NCBI GenBank assembly: GCA_965228855.1
Contig: CBDDIJ010000003.1
Location: forward strand, 1,632,001 to 1,696,000
Direction of reading: 5' to 3'
Length of the DNA stretch: 64,000 bases
Source: Candidatus Obscuribacterales bacterium
GTDB lineage: Bacteria; Cyanobacteriota; Vampirovibrionia; Obscuribacterales; Obscuribacteraceae
The notes below the pieces were generated by a model. That model saw nothing but the letters and a program-made list of their open reading frames with translations, searched no databases and was not told the DNA's origin. Of the stretch, positions 30,363 to 40,273 are shown in pieces (position 1 is the first letter of the stretch; each line of letters opens with the position of its first letter). Position numbers and translations under genes: made by a program.

Positions 30363-31298
30363 GTGCTCCAAAGCCTTTTCGACCTGGCTAAAACAGGCCC
30401 CCTACAAAGACGAGAACTATATACAAAGGCATTGGGATATGTGCGCCAGGAATTTATATTCGCACTGGAAATGGCTGAGGCCACTGGTCCCGATGCAGAG
30501 CGAATTTTTAAATCGTGGCTGATTCCAGTTTGGGACATCCTTCAATTTTCCGAAGACAACGCAGCCGAGGACACCGGCAGTGAGACGGCTGTCTCTCCAA
30601 CCACGAAAGAAGCAAAGACGCGCCGCACGCTAAACGAAATTATTGCCCGCTTCGATGATGCCGATGGTTTGTGGGCGGACAGACGGAGTTTCGTATCGAC
30701 AATGGATTTAGGTGCATGGTCGAGAAACGAACAGCGGCGATTCATAAAATTCGTCACCGATCATTCAGACTGGTCAGTGCGCGAAGTGTGCTGTAAAGCA
30801 CTCGCTGAATTAAATGCAGGAGACGCACTTCTTCAGCTTTTGTACGATCCGGTGTTTTGTGTTCGGAAAAACGCGGCCTATTACATTCGGAAAACCACGC
30901 GCGACGAGCGTATTACCACGCGCCTTTGGGACATGCTTGTTAACGAGCACATTGGCTCTGCGCATGCTCAAGAAGTTCTTGAGAGTTATGTAGTTCATTC
31001 AGTCGCGTCAAACTTGGACGACCAGCTGTACGAACTTGCTAGTGGCGATTTGCGCGAGTCTGTTCGCATCACTGCTATTCGAGCTCTCTCCGAGCGAGAG
31101 TCGCGGAATCACGTTCGGGCATTGGTCCCGATACTCTCCTCCGAACCGCTTATCACATGGGCCGCGCATCGAGTATTGCTCGAAGCATGCTTTGATTTAG
31201 GAATCGCTGTAACCCAAGCGCGAGAACTCTGCGAAGTTGACGACTTATCTCTTCAAGTTGCATTGGCAGAAATGTTAGCAGGCCAAGTTCGGCTCTAA
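30363..31298 (+). CDS. HEAT-repeat-like protein
   Basis: Repeated D/S-x-x-VR-x-x-A-x-x-AL motifs (DWSVREVCCKAL, VFCVRKNAA, RESVRITAIRAL); start uncertain. Confidence 0.6.
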   Translation: MLQSLFDLAKTGPLQRRELYTKALGYVRQEFIFALEMAEATGPDAERIFKSWLIPVWDILQFSEDNAAEDTGSETAVSPTTKEAKTRRTLNEIIARFDDADGLWADRRSFVSTMDLGAWSRNEQRRFIKFVTDHSDWSVREVCCKALAELNAGDALLQLLYDPVFCVRKNAAYYIRKTTRDERITTRLWDMLVNEHIGSAHAQEVLESYVVHSVASNLDDQLYELASGDLRESVRITAIRALSERESRNHVRALVPILSSEPLITWAAHRVLLEACFDLGIAVTQARELCEVDDLSLQVALAEMLAGQVRL

Positions 31299-31418
31299 CT
31301 AAAAGCACTTGATGGTTCATTTTCGAACTTGCTCTTCGCACCGCATGCGCCACCACCATTTGGAAGCTGATATCAATGCAGTAAAGCTCGGCGTAGCCCG
31401 GGCGTTACTTCCTAAATG

Positions 31419-32201
31419 TCAGTCATCCATTCCCTGCATCAGCTGCTGGCATTCGACGAATCGCTTTTCAGACAACTTCTGATCGAGTACGCATGTTTCA
31501 TGGCAACGATGCTCTGTAGCTTCAAACCTCTTGAACCAATGCAGGGCTGTTCTAAAGTCTCCTAGTTCGAAATACACATGACCAAGCATTTGCAGATCGT
31601 GATGGTCGCATTCGTTAAAATCATCGGTGTCGATGAAACGCTCGAACCATTCTTTTGATTTGAGTAGATACATTTGTGACTGCTCCGCCTTCAGCGGATG
31701 TTCGTAGTAGAACCAAGCCAGACTTTGCTCAGGAGCGTAGTCGGTTTCCTGTGTTGCCCTTTCGATTATTGCTTCGACGTCTGCCGCTATGCGGATATGC
31801 TCTTCGAGGCTAAAGCTTTCATCGTTCTTTATGAACGCACGTCCACTGGTTATCCACGTTGCGTATGTGTAGTAGGCTGAATCAGGTTTATTTGCGACGA
31901 TATACTCGTTAACCTGGCAATAACCGATCCAACCCCAATGATTCGAAACTTGACCGGCAAAAGAAATTAGTCTTTCTTCCTCTGACAGTGTAGAGTCAGT
32001 TAACCTTAGGAATCGATGAATTAGTTCTGCGATAGTCGAGTTATTCGCGTCGGCCTGCGCCCAGAATCGCTCACTGTCCAGCTGGAGTTTGTGGAACGCT
32101 GCTTTTCTTTCTTCGTGACTTAAGTCCATATGCTCCAAGACCGACGAGGGAGTAGTGACAACCGCAACAGGGTCTCCTATTGACTTAGGTTTTATGATCA
32201 T
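31419..32201 (-). CDS. Hypothetical alpha-helical/TPR-like protein
   Basis: 260-aa ORF; LGHVYFELGDFRTALHWF is TPR-like. Confidence 0.6.
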   Translation of the reverse strand: MIIKPKSIGDPVAVVTTPSSVLEHMDLSHEERKAAFHKLQLDSERFWAQADANNSTIAELIHRFLRLTDSTLSEEERLISFAGQVSNHWGWIGYCQVNEYIVANKPDSAYYTYATWITSGRAFIKNDESFSLEEHIRIAADVEAIIERATQETDYAPEQSLAWFYYEHPLKAEQSQMYLLKSKEWFERFIDTDDFNECDHHDLQMLGHVYFELGDFRTALHWFKRFEATEHRCHETCVLDQKLSEKRFVECQQLMQGMDD

Positions 32202-32247
32202 ATTAGCTGCTCAAAGCCTCGGTTGACCACAATTCTTCCTTGAAGAT

Positions 32248-32781
32248 GTGGAGCCGCCAGGCAAAAGAAGTTCGGCGCCGACTGGTTCTGACGCATACCG
32301 AGCTGGGCGAATGGAGTTTAGCTTTGAGAAGTATGCTGAGAAGCGAAAAAAGACTCGCGTGTTCTCTGCATTTGACTCGGCTGTGCAGGAATTCCTGAAA
32401 TCGCGAGTGGAATTGAGTACGGAAGAACAACCTGTGCTAGCCTTTTACGAGGATTCCAACACCTGGTATTTGGCAACCTCTCAACGAATCATATGGCCGT
32501 CTTTGTCCGGCGTACACTGTATTCGGTATCACGAAATCGATAAGATGGGTTGGTCAGATGGACCGGATGGTCCCAAAGAGTGCGCGCATGAGAACGTTAT
32601 CTACACTATTGGCGAACGTTTTTGCAAGATTTGCCGTTACCGGAGTTCGTGGTTTTTCGTCGCTCCGTCGAATGGGCAGCGTGCCGAGATCGCGGTCGAA
32701 CAAGGCAGTACAACCCACATATGGACTTGCTTCAGGCTAATGCGTAACCTAGAACGAATACATCCGAGAACAGCTAAATGA
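32248..32781 (+). CDS. Hypothetical protein
   Basis: 177-aa ORF (possible ATG start at 32311); no recognised family. Confidence 0.5.
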   Translation: MEPPGKRSSAPTGSDAYRAGRMEFSFEKYAEKRKKTRVFSAFDSAVQEFLKSRVELSTEEQPVLAFYEDSNTWYLATSQRIIWPSLSGVHCIRYHEIDKMGWSDGPDGPKECAHENVIYTIGERFCKICRYRSSWFFVAPSNGQRAEIAVEQGSTTHIWTCFRLMRNLERIHPRTAK

Positions 32782-33179
32782 GCCTACAGTTTTTCAAAAG
32801 GAGCTGAGCTAGTGACCGAATACGATGATCTTTATACAGCCGCTGGGCGAAGTCTGCTTATTAATCCGCCACCATATAAAGTGTCGGCAAATAGCGAACT
32901 ATGAACTTCTGATTGTATTGCCTCACCGAAAATCCTGCCCTGACAACCCCGGTTGCCTTATCGGAAATCTTACCAAGACAACACCTCCGATATCTGAGTG
33001 AGCGCCACCATATGCGATGGCATGCGAACTCGGTATTTCCGATGCATGCGATTACGACGGTACTAGAGAGAAATTTCTTAAGATCCAAAACACGTCATCA
33101 GCCGGTGCGCTCGAAATATAAGCACCGTTTAGGTAAGTCTGTCCTGATTACGTCGAATCTACCGGGACGGACCAACACA

Positions 33180-33251
33180 ATAAACTAGCGACAGTACGGC
33201 ATGATAAACTAGTAAACGTCCGACTCAATAAACTAGTAATCGTCCGCCAGG
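33180..33251 (+). repeat. Three 24-bp direct repeats with an ATAAACTAG core upstream of the fic gene
   Basis: Cores at 33180, 33204 and 33228. Confidence 0.9.
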
Positions 33252-33262
33252 AGCTAAGCGAT

Positions 33263-34807
33263 ATGGTTTCCCCGCCCGAAAAGTTAGCCCAGTCCCTAGA
33301 GAAGCTCCAGCATCTCCAAGACGCAGGCAAGATCGCGATTAGAAGTAGCGATCTGACTAGGATACATCGCGAACGCCTGGTGAAGAACGGCTTTCTTGCC
33401 GAAGTGATGAAGGGTTGGTATATTCCTGCACGTCCTGATCAGCTTGCAGGTGAAAGTACGGCTTGGTATGCGGCCTTCTGGTCATTTTTCGCTGACTATT
33501 TGACTGCTCGTTTTGGGCATGACTGGTGCTTGTCGCCGGAGCAATCTTTAAATCTGCACGTTGGAAATCGAACGGTTCCTCAACAACTGATTGTTCGCAG
33601 CAGTGCAGGAAGTAACAACATAACTCATCTTCCGCAAAACACTTCAATTCTCGATTTAAATGGATCACTTCCACCTAAAGCCGATATCGAACGGGTGGAG
33701 CACCTCAATCTGATTTGTTTACCATCGGCATTGATTAGTTGTTCACCGAATTATTTTAGAAGCAATTCGACTGATGCGCGAGCTGCCCTGGCAATGATTT
33801 CCGATGCATCAGAAATCTTGCCGCTTCTTCTAGAAGGCGGACACACTATCATCGCTGGACGCCTGGCAGGAGGTTTTCGCGATATCGGTAGAGACCGAAT
33901 CGCCGACGATATTTTGAAAACTATGAAAGGTGCCGATTTCGATTGCAGAGAGGAGAATCCGTTTGTCAACACACCGTCGATCACCTTTGGCAGGACGGAA
34001 AGATCTCCCTATGTCAACCGAGTTAAATTGATCTGGAACGACATGAGAGTGCCAATCTTGGAAACATTTCCAAAACCGCCCGGATTACCGAAGAACAGGG
34101 ATCATTACCTTGAGCAGGTACAAGAGATATACGTTACGGACGCATACCACTCACTGTCGATTGAAGGGTATCGAGTTAGCCGCGAGCTAATCGAAAAGGT
34201 ACGACTGGGATCTTGGAATCCGCATACTGATGACAAGGATCGAGAACATCACGATGCACTCGCTGCTCGTGGTTACTGGCAAGCATATCAGGCAGTAAGA
34301 AGAAGCCTCAAGCGAGTGCTTGCGGTTGAGAATGCTGGACTTGTTGCTGACGAAGAACACGGCGATTGGTTTAGACAACTCTTCGCTCCCAGTGTGACGG
34401 CAGGTATATTGCGTCCAGCCGATCTTGCCGGCTACAGAAGCGGACAAGTTTACATAAGGCATTCCATGCACGTGCCACCAAATGCAGAGGCAGTACGAGA
34501 CATGATGCCGACGTTCTTTGAGCTATTGCGAGATGAACCCGAACCTGAGGTTAGAGTTGTCTTAGGACATTTTGTTTTTGTCTATATTCATCCGTACATG
34601 GACGGAAATGGCCGGACTGGTCGATTCATGATGAATCTGATGCTGGGATCCGGAGGCTATCCTTGGACCGTCATTCCAGTCGAGCGTCGTGCTGATTACC
34701 TGAGTTCGCTTGAGACAGCCAGCACTAGACACGACATCGCACCGTTTGCCAGGTTTCTTGCAGAACTTGTTCAGAAATCAATTGAAGGCAACCCTGAAGC
34801 AAAATGA
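33263..34807 (+). CDS. Fic-family protein (filamentation induced by cAMP) with a long N-terminal region
   Basis: HPYMDGNGRTGR Fic motif; SLSIEGY motif resembling the autoinhibitory (S/T)xxxE(G/N). Confidence 0.93.
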   Translation: MVSPPEKLAQSLEKLQHLQDAGKIAIRSSDLTRIHRERLVKNGFLAEVMKGWYIPARPDQLAGESTAWYAAFWSFFADYLTARFGHDWCLSPEQSLNLHVGNRTVPQQLIVRSSAGSNNITHLPQNTSILDLNGSLPPKADIERVEHLNLICLPSALISCSPNYFRSNSTDARAALAMISDASEILPLLLEGGHTIIAGRLAGGFRDIGRDRIADDILKTMKGADFDCREENPFVNTPSITFGRTERSPYVNRVKLIWNDMRVPILETFPKPPGLPKNRDHYLEQVQEIYVTDAYHSLSIEGYRVSRELIEKVRLGSWNPHTDDKDREHHDALAARGYWQAYQAVRRSLKRVLAVENAGLVADEEHGDWFRQLFAPSVTAGILRPADLAGYRSGQVYIRHSMHVPPNAEAVRDMMPTFFELLRDEPEPEVRVVLGHFVFVYIHPYMDGNGRTGRFMMNLMLGSGGYPWTVIPVERRADYLSSLETASTRHDIAPFARFLAELVQKSIEGNPEAK

Positions 34808-34907
34808 GCTGGTGATCCATTTGCGCACTTCGTTCGCTCCGTGCTACTTCTAATCGCTCGTTTCGCCTAGCCAGAGCAATCTTCTATCATTTGACCACTT
34901 GTCTGGC

Positions 34908-34943
34908 CGTTGACACCGAAGAGGTTGGGAGTTTGAGCCTCTC
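34908..34943 (+). repeat. Degenerate copy of the tRNA-Val 3' half (att-like site)
   Basis: CGTTGACACCGAAGAGGTTGGGAGTTTGAGCCTCTC vs tRNA CGTTTACACCGAAGGGGTTGGGAGTTCGAGTCTCTC: 32/36 identical. Confidence 0.85.
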
Positions 34944-35069
34944 TTTAGCTATCTGAAGGGTAACATGAATTCTTGGTGGTGCCTGCGAAACTACCCCCAG
35001 AAATCCAGTTACCGGTAACTGATTTGAATGTGCGTCGACGAAACAATATGCTCGAGCGGCAATTGGAGC

Positions 35070-36887
35070 TCAAGGACTGATCCGGAACACCTTTCCCTTC
35101 GGCGCAAAAGGCAGCCTCCCATAAGATGGAATTAGAAATGCGTGCTCTCGTTTTACTCTGATGTTGTCGCAAAATCCATCAGTGATGATCAGGATCGGAC
35201 CAGTATCGGGGAAGTCAGATGCCCCTTCAAGAAGGTTTATCCCAGGCTGCAATATAGTGCCACCACGTCCCTTGACTTTGACCCTGCCTGCGATATCATC
35301 AGCCGACATAAATCCTTGATCGTAAGGCGCAGCGTCGCAGAAAACAACGCGCACGTACCGAACATCTCTCGAATTGCAATAACTTGCAATCGCACCGAGC
35401 GCCTTAGCAAGCAGGTTTCGATCCATCGATCCCGATGTGTCCAGCACGACTCCAAAAGTTCTAGACTCGCCTGGATCGATCGCCTGATAGCTAGGTCGAG
35501 GAATATCCGGGGTGGCAGATTGTCGTCGACTCGGACGCGCATAAGTTCTTCTCATATCCACGGGAGGGAAATGATGATCAAACCACTGCGCGAGTTCGAC
35601 ATCCCAGGGCATCGGCGGCTGGCTCAGCGCCTTAATTTCCTCTATCAGCCCAGAAGGGATGTAACCTCGTCCGATCTCCTCGTGATAGCTCAACCCTTGC
35701 GCAAGACAACGCCGATAAAATTCATCGAGGCTGATGCCCTCACCCTTATCCCAGAGCGAAGAATCGCCCGGAAATATGATGTCTCCGTAGTCCCCATTAT
35801 TTCCACGCAGCGTAGCGAGCTTTCGATAGGTCCGCAGATCTGAAGCAATTCTTTCATAAACCGATTCAGCAGAAAGTCCCTTCAACTCTGGGTCGTACAA
35901 TGCCGATGGAGGGCGCGCGCCCACGCTCATTTCGGTAAGCCATCCATTGATCACATAATCGCAAGCAACGTTCCACAAATATGCGTCTCGATTTTCCTGG
36001 CGCAATTCGTGGCGAAGTCCAGCATGCAAAAATTCGTGCGCCATTACGAATTTGCACTCCTCAATATCCATCCCTGCTGCTGGATTCATGTATATCTCTT
36101 TCATTTCGGAACTGATCGCCGCAACCGAGATTCCCATTCGAATACAGATCGCAGGATCTTCAATCAGTTTGAAAGCCGCAGCCAGTGCCCCAAGCAACGG
36201 ATATGAATCTATAAACCAACGGCGCGCTCGCGCTGCCGGCGAAAGTTTGTTCTTCTGAGGCTCCGCACCCAGATAGGGTTCCAAACCACCGGCAACATTG
36301 ACAGCACTCTGCACGGCCAGCGAAATTCCCTGTCCGAGTTTATCCGTCCAATACTTCCCTGGTGAGGGCACATACCGAGACTGCACGTACAAGAAGTCGG
36401 GCATACTCGGTCCGGCCGTTCCAAAACCGACCAGTTGGGCAGGAATACCATCCTCTTTGAAGCGCTGATAAAGGCGCTCTTCACTTTGCGCTCGAGACTC
36501 GAACTCGATATGCAATTCCGCTGGCGGTTTTCCGATTTTCAAATCGCAGAGAAACTGATGGCAAAAAACTTCGCACGCAGCAATCCACTCCATCTCCTTT
36601 GTTCGCCCGCGAAAGTGATCAAAACCCAGGTGCAAAAGGCAATGTCCAAGCACATAAGCCCACTCCTCAGGGTCCGCCAATCTCCGCGGATGAGCCCAAA
36701 TAACGCCGTTGCTCTGCGTTATGGCCCAACCGTCTTTAGGACAAACATTCTCGTTTGCATCAGCTCGATAAACTCTGGCAGAATACGCCAGACCTGTGAA
36801 GATGGGATGCTTCTCAACAAGACTCTGCCCTTTCGAAAAATTCGAAAGAGTTTTGTTGACCGACTCCTCTTTGCTCTTCTTTGTCAT
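35070..36887 (-). CDS. DUF2201-type metallopeptidase-like + vWA protein
   Basis: AHEFLH...WNVACDYVIN; VLDTSGSM MIDAS, GRGGT, IITDG. Confidence 0.88.
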   Translation of the reverse strand: MTKKSKEESVNKTLSNFSKGQSLVEKHPIFTGLAYSARVYRADANENVCPKDGWAITQSNGVIWAHPRRLADPEEWAYVLGHCLLHLGFDHFRGRTKEMEWIAACEVFCHQFLCDLKIGKPPAELHIEFESRAQSEERLYQRFKEDGIPAQLVGFGTAGPSMPDFLYVQSRYVPSPGKYWTDKLGQGISLAVQSAVNVAGGLEPYLGAEPQKNKLSPAARARRWFIDSYPLLGALAAAFKLIEDPAICIRMGISVAAISSEMKEIYMNPAAGMDIEECKFVMAHEFLHAGLRHELRQENRDAYLWNVACDYVINGWLTEMSVGARPPSALYDPELKGLSAESVYERIASDLRTYRKLATLRGNNGDYGDIIFPGDSSLWDKGEGISLDEFYRRCLAQGLSYHEEIGRGYIPSGLIEEIKALSQPPMPWDVELAQWFDHHFPPVDMRRTYARPSRRQSATPDIPRPSYQAIDPGESRTFGVVLDTSGSMDRNLLAKALGAIASYCNSRDVRYVRVVFCDAAPYDQGFMSADDIAGRVKVKGRGGTILQPGINLLEGASDFPDTGPILIITDGFCDNIRVKREHAFLIPSYGRLPFAPKGKVFRISP

Positions 36888-36896
36888 GGATGGGCG

Positions 36897-37961
36897 CTAC
36901 TTATCTCGTTTTGCTGCAATTCGAGGAACGTCACGAACCACTTCAACAAGAAACCACGACGGAATTTCTTCTTCACCGCTATCCGACTTTGCCACCACTG
37001 TTTGCGCAATTTCCAAACTGATCTCGGCAAGGTCCTTCAACAAGCCCTTCGCATTATGCGCGAGCTGCCTCGCCGCACCAGACAACGATTCTTTCGAGGG
37101 CGGTAGCTGTTTTGCCAGTTGCGCGCGGAAAGACTGCGCAAGGAAATACAAAACATCTCTATCCTCAGGAGCACTCGGCCATCTTTCGTCACCACTTATG
37201 ATGGCACTAAGCCGATATCTGTTCCGCAGCTGTTTTACATAAGCTTTAAACTGAGTAGCATGATGTGGAGACAAACAACCAAACGCGAGAACTTCAAGGT
37301 CCGTGTCGGTCATTTTTTCACCATATTCAGTGATGGCATCGCTCAACATATGCCACGAACGCGGAGTCGAAAATGGCTCCTCATGTTTCGGAGGTTGAGT
37401 CCAGAGATGGTCTGGTCTCGTCTGAATATACTCGACTATAAACGGATGAATACCCGCTTCAGCAGCCCAGCTCAACCAATCACGATGAGAAACCGAAAGA
37501 TGCACATGCACTAGCCGATTGAGCAATGCAGACGACATGGGTTTCACGATCGCACTATCCTGAGCCCTGTTGCCGGCTCCAATCACGACAGAACCTTCCG
37601 GCAAGGTATACTCGCCTACCCGTCGCTCATGGATCAGACTATAAAATGACTTTTGCACTTCATGCGAGCACGCGTTTAATTCATCAAGAAACAGACAGTA
37701 AGGCGAATCCCGTGCGATCATAGCCGGGGGACAAAACTTACTCTTACCCTCGACAATTTGCGGAACGCCGATAATGTCCTCCGGCGCGAGTTGACTTCCA
37801 AGCAACGAAACACAAGGCATCCCCACACGCTCCGCAAATTGCTGAACGATGGACGACTTCCCGACACCCGGAGGTCCCCAGATGAAAACGGGTCGCACAA
37901 TGGCAACGTTCAAAAGGAAATCGAAAAGTTGTTTCTGCGTTACTGCCGTCGCTGTATTCAT
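36897..37961 (-). CDS. MoxR-like AAA+ ATPase
   Basis: GPPGVGKS Walker A, LFLDELN Walker B, GAGN, ALLNR, TPRSW; ATG at 37961 is the likely start. Confidence 0.92.
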   Translation of the reverse strand: MNTATAVTQKQLFDFLLNVAIVRPVFIWGPPGVGKSSIVQQFAERVGMPCVSLLGSQLAPEDIIGVPQIVEGKSKFCPPAMIARDSPYCLFLDELNACSHEVQKSFYSLIHERRVGEYTLPEGSVVIGAGNRAQDSAIVKPMSSALLNRLVHVHLSVSHRDWLSWAAEAGIHPFIVEYIQTRPDHLWTQPPKHEEPFSTPRSWHMLSDAITEYGEKMTDTDLEVLAFGCLSPHHATQFKAYVKQLRNRYRLSAIISGDERWPSAPEDRDVLYFLAQSFRAQLAKQLPPSKESLSGAARQLAHNAKGLLKDLAEISLEIAQTVVAKSDSGEEEIPSWFLVEVVRDVPRIAAKRDK

Positions 37962-38063
37962 TGGAAGACTCAAAAGCTGGACAGAATGCCTGCGAAGCAC
38001 TCTTTAAGAGAAGAATATCATCCCACGCAATTTCGCGCTGCTTATTGCTGCGGTTTTCCAAAG

Positions 38064-38597
38064 TCAGCCAGTCAGATTTGCGAACGCGATACCGATCAAG
38101 GTCATAAACAGAATCAAGCGTAGGCTGCTCGAACGCAGAGACCTGCAACGCGTGAGTCTGTTCGGCATGAAGACAATCAATGCCACAAGCGCAGCAATGA
38201 TCTCCTTGCCTTCTGAAATCCACTTGAACATCAACTGATTGAAGTTGGCATACAAAGCTGAAGGGATGTCTTGCCCGCCGAATGTGTACAAATGCAAACC
38301 CACATAGCTGTCGCTGTACTGTCCGAAACGGTCCGGGAGAAGAGCTTCAACGTTTAGTATGACGATATCATTGTTTTGCTCCGCGGCTTGCTCTATTAAT
38401 GTCGTGGCATCGGACTGGAACGTACACGGAAACTTACGACCGGTTTCGACAGGCAAACTTCCATTCGGTGGCGCTGGTTCAGCTTGAGCCAATGCAGGTT
38501 CACTAGTGTGTGCCAAACACACTGCAGCTGAGAAAAGCAGAGTTGCTAGCACAATGAATTGCCATCGAGTGAATTCGAATAATCCAGGTCGATTCAT
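38064..38597 (-). CDS. Hypothetical membrane protein
   Basis: Signal-like N-terminus and two C-terminal hydrophobic segments. Confidence 0.5.
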   Translation of the reverse strand: MNRPGLFEFTRWQFIVLATLLFSAAVCLAHTSEPALAQAEPAPPNGSLPVETGRKFPCTFQSDATTLIEQAAEQNNDIVILNVEALLPDRFGQYSDSYVGLHLYTFGGQDIPSALYANFNQLMFKWISEGKEIIAALVALIVFMPNRLTRCRSLRSSSLRLILFMTLIGIAFANLTG

Positions 38598-38844
38598 AAT
38601 TTTCGTTCCGAAAGCAAGTGGCTAAGCCAACACTAATCGATTGCCTGAATTTTGTATGTGTTGAAATCCCCCCTGAGAGTAGCTTTGGATTTTTGCGAAA
38701 GCGCACAGCACCGATATTCTTGCTTCTATTGGATTGAAGGATGCGTTCAATCAGCAACGTTTTACCGCTGCCGGGTGATCCATCTATCCAGACAAAAGCA
38801 TTGTCGATCATCAGAAGGGTCGTACCAAGATCGTGACCTGCAGC

Positions 38845-39996
38845 TTATCGGGCTGAAGTCTGAAGTTCTGTTTCCACATCACCAACGAGCGGATGTCCGT
38901 CGGAACCACTCAATGGCTTGCGTAACTTACCATCAGTTGCCGGATAACCGATGAAGCCAGCCTGACCATCTTTGCGGTTTGGTGGCAATCCGAGATTCTG
39001 CAGTGTCTCTTCAACTGAATTGTATTTGACACCAATTTTCAAAATCTCGCGAGCCTCGTCACCATTAGCGATCTTGCGACCGAGCTCATTGGCGATGCGA
39101 ACTTGTTTCTCGATCATTTGAACGGTGGTTAACCGCTTGCCTTTCTTCGCATCCCAGAGATTCTCTTCGATTCCAGCGCGAGTGTGTTGGCCCAGCGCAA
39201 TCATCATCGCGGCTAATGGGTGAGAGAGGCGATGCACTGATTGATATGTGAAAACAGAACCATGTGGAGTACGGCGAACCAGCTCCATCCAGTCAAATGG
39301 ATTGGCACCGCAAGATCCGCCGCCACCCATGCTGAAGAAACCATTCACGGGTCCCATGTATAGTCCACGGCGAATCAAGCGCTCGACGATTTCCAGACTG
39401 TGAATGTGCGCAAGAGCGAAATACGGCTGAATTCCATGTTGGGTGAGACGCTTAATGTGCTCTATATAAAAGTCGGGGGTGGCATCAACAACCATGTTAG
39501 AGAAAGCCCACACCATCTCTTCGGTTGCCACATGGGTACCGGCCCAATCATCCATAGTAGTTAGCGATGTAATGTCCCACTGACAGGAACCAATCGCGAC
39601 AGTCACCTGGTCTGGCTTGGGCTCAATTTCAGCGAGCATATGGCGCGTATCATAACCCTGCCATTGCGCCTTGCTGTGATCGTCAGGAGGCGAGAAACTA
39701 ATCGAGCCACCAACCTGCAAAATCATTTTGGGAACCGCTTCACGCAGTCGGCCAATCAGTTCGCCATATTCTTTGAAGTTCTTAGAAATCTTGCCAGTCT
39801 TCGGGTCACGAACATGGATGTGCAACATGGTGGCGCCGGCGTTGTAGCAATCCACAGCTTTCTGAACCTGCTGATCCCAGGTAACCGCGATGTCCTCCGG
39901 ATAATCTGACGGCAGCCATACCGGTCCATATGGCGCAGCGGTAATTATCAGCGGAGCCTGATTTTCAGGAAGCAGCGAATCGTCTGTGAAATACAT
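38845..39996 (-). CDS. 3-keto-5-aminohexanoate cleavage enzyme family (BKACE/DUF849)
   Basis: IITAAPYG, AGATMLHIHVR, GQHTRAGIEENL. Confidence 0.92.
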   Translation of the reverse strand: MYFTDDSLLPENQAPLIITAAPYGPVWLPSDYPEDIAVTWDQQVQKAVDCYNAGATMLHIHVRDPKTGKISKNFKEYGELIGRLREAVPKMILQVGGSISFSPPDDHSKAQWQGYDTRHMLAEIEPKPDQVTVAIGSCQWDITSLTTMDDWAGTHVATEEMVWAFSNMVVDATPDFYIEHIKRLTQHGIQPYFALAHIHSLEIVERLIRRGLYMGPVNGFFSMGGGGSCGANPFDWMELVRRTPHGSVFTYQSVHRLSHPLAAMMIALGQHTRAGIEENLWDAKKGKRLTTVQMIEKQVRIANELGRKIANGDEAREILKIGVKYNSVEETLQNLGLPPNRKDGQAGFIGYPATDGKLRKPLSGSDGHPLVGDVETELQTSAR

Positions 39997-40273
39997 CTAT
40001 CGAATTCTCCTATACTGCTCAGTCCAAACGGAATCAAACTTGTGCATCGTGGAAAGGTCGGTTGGATTCTTGTGGTCAAAGTCCACAGTCTTGTCGGACA
40101 TGCGTGACACCCCTTGTTGCCATCGAAACATTAGAGCAAGAATATCCCCTTTTCATCGATCGCGGATTAGTAAGAGGGGGCAAAGATATCTACAATCTCA
40201 AACACAAACACGTGCCGCCCGACCGCGCTTGCTTAAGGCGGCCGCACGAATGCTATAAGGTCACTCGACGTAC

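Larger units (their letters stand above)
16889..34943. mobile_element. tRNA-Val-anchored genomic (defence-like) island with no visible integrase
   Basis: Degenerate direct repeat of the tRNA 3' half at 34908-34943; cargo of nucleases, PIN, Fic and IS remnants. Confidence 0.75.

Noticed and set aside
33180..33251. Possible mini-CRISPR array
   Set aside because: 9-bp core with a 24-bp period, partly similar spacers and no cas genes; too short for CRISPR
34908..34943. Second tRNA-Val(GAC) gene
   Set aside because: No D-arm or acceptor stem, and the T-loop is mutated (TTTGAG); treated as an att-like remnant
38503..38811. Short ORF with Walker A (GSPGSGKT)
   Set aside because: No Walker B or downstream NTPase motifs, and it overlaps the next ORF; at best a gene remnant, so not listed as a feature
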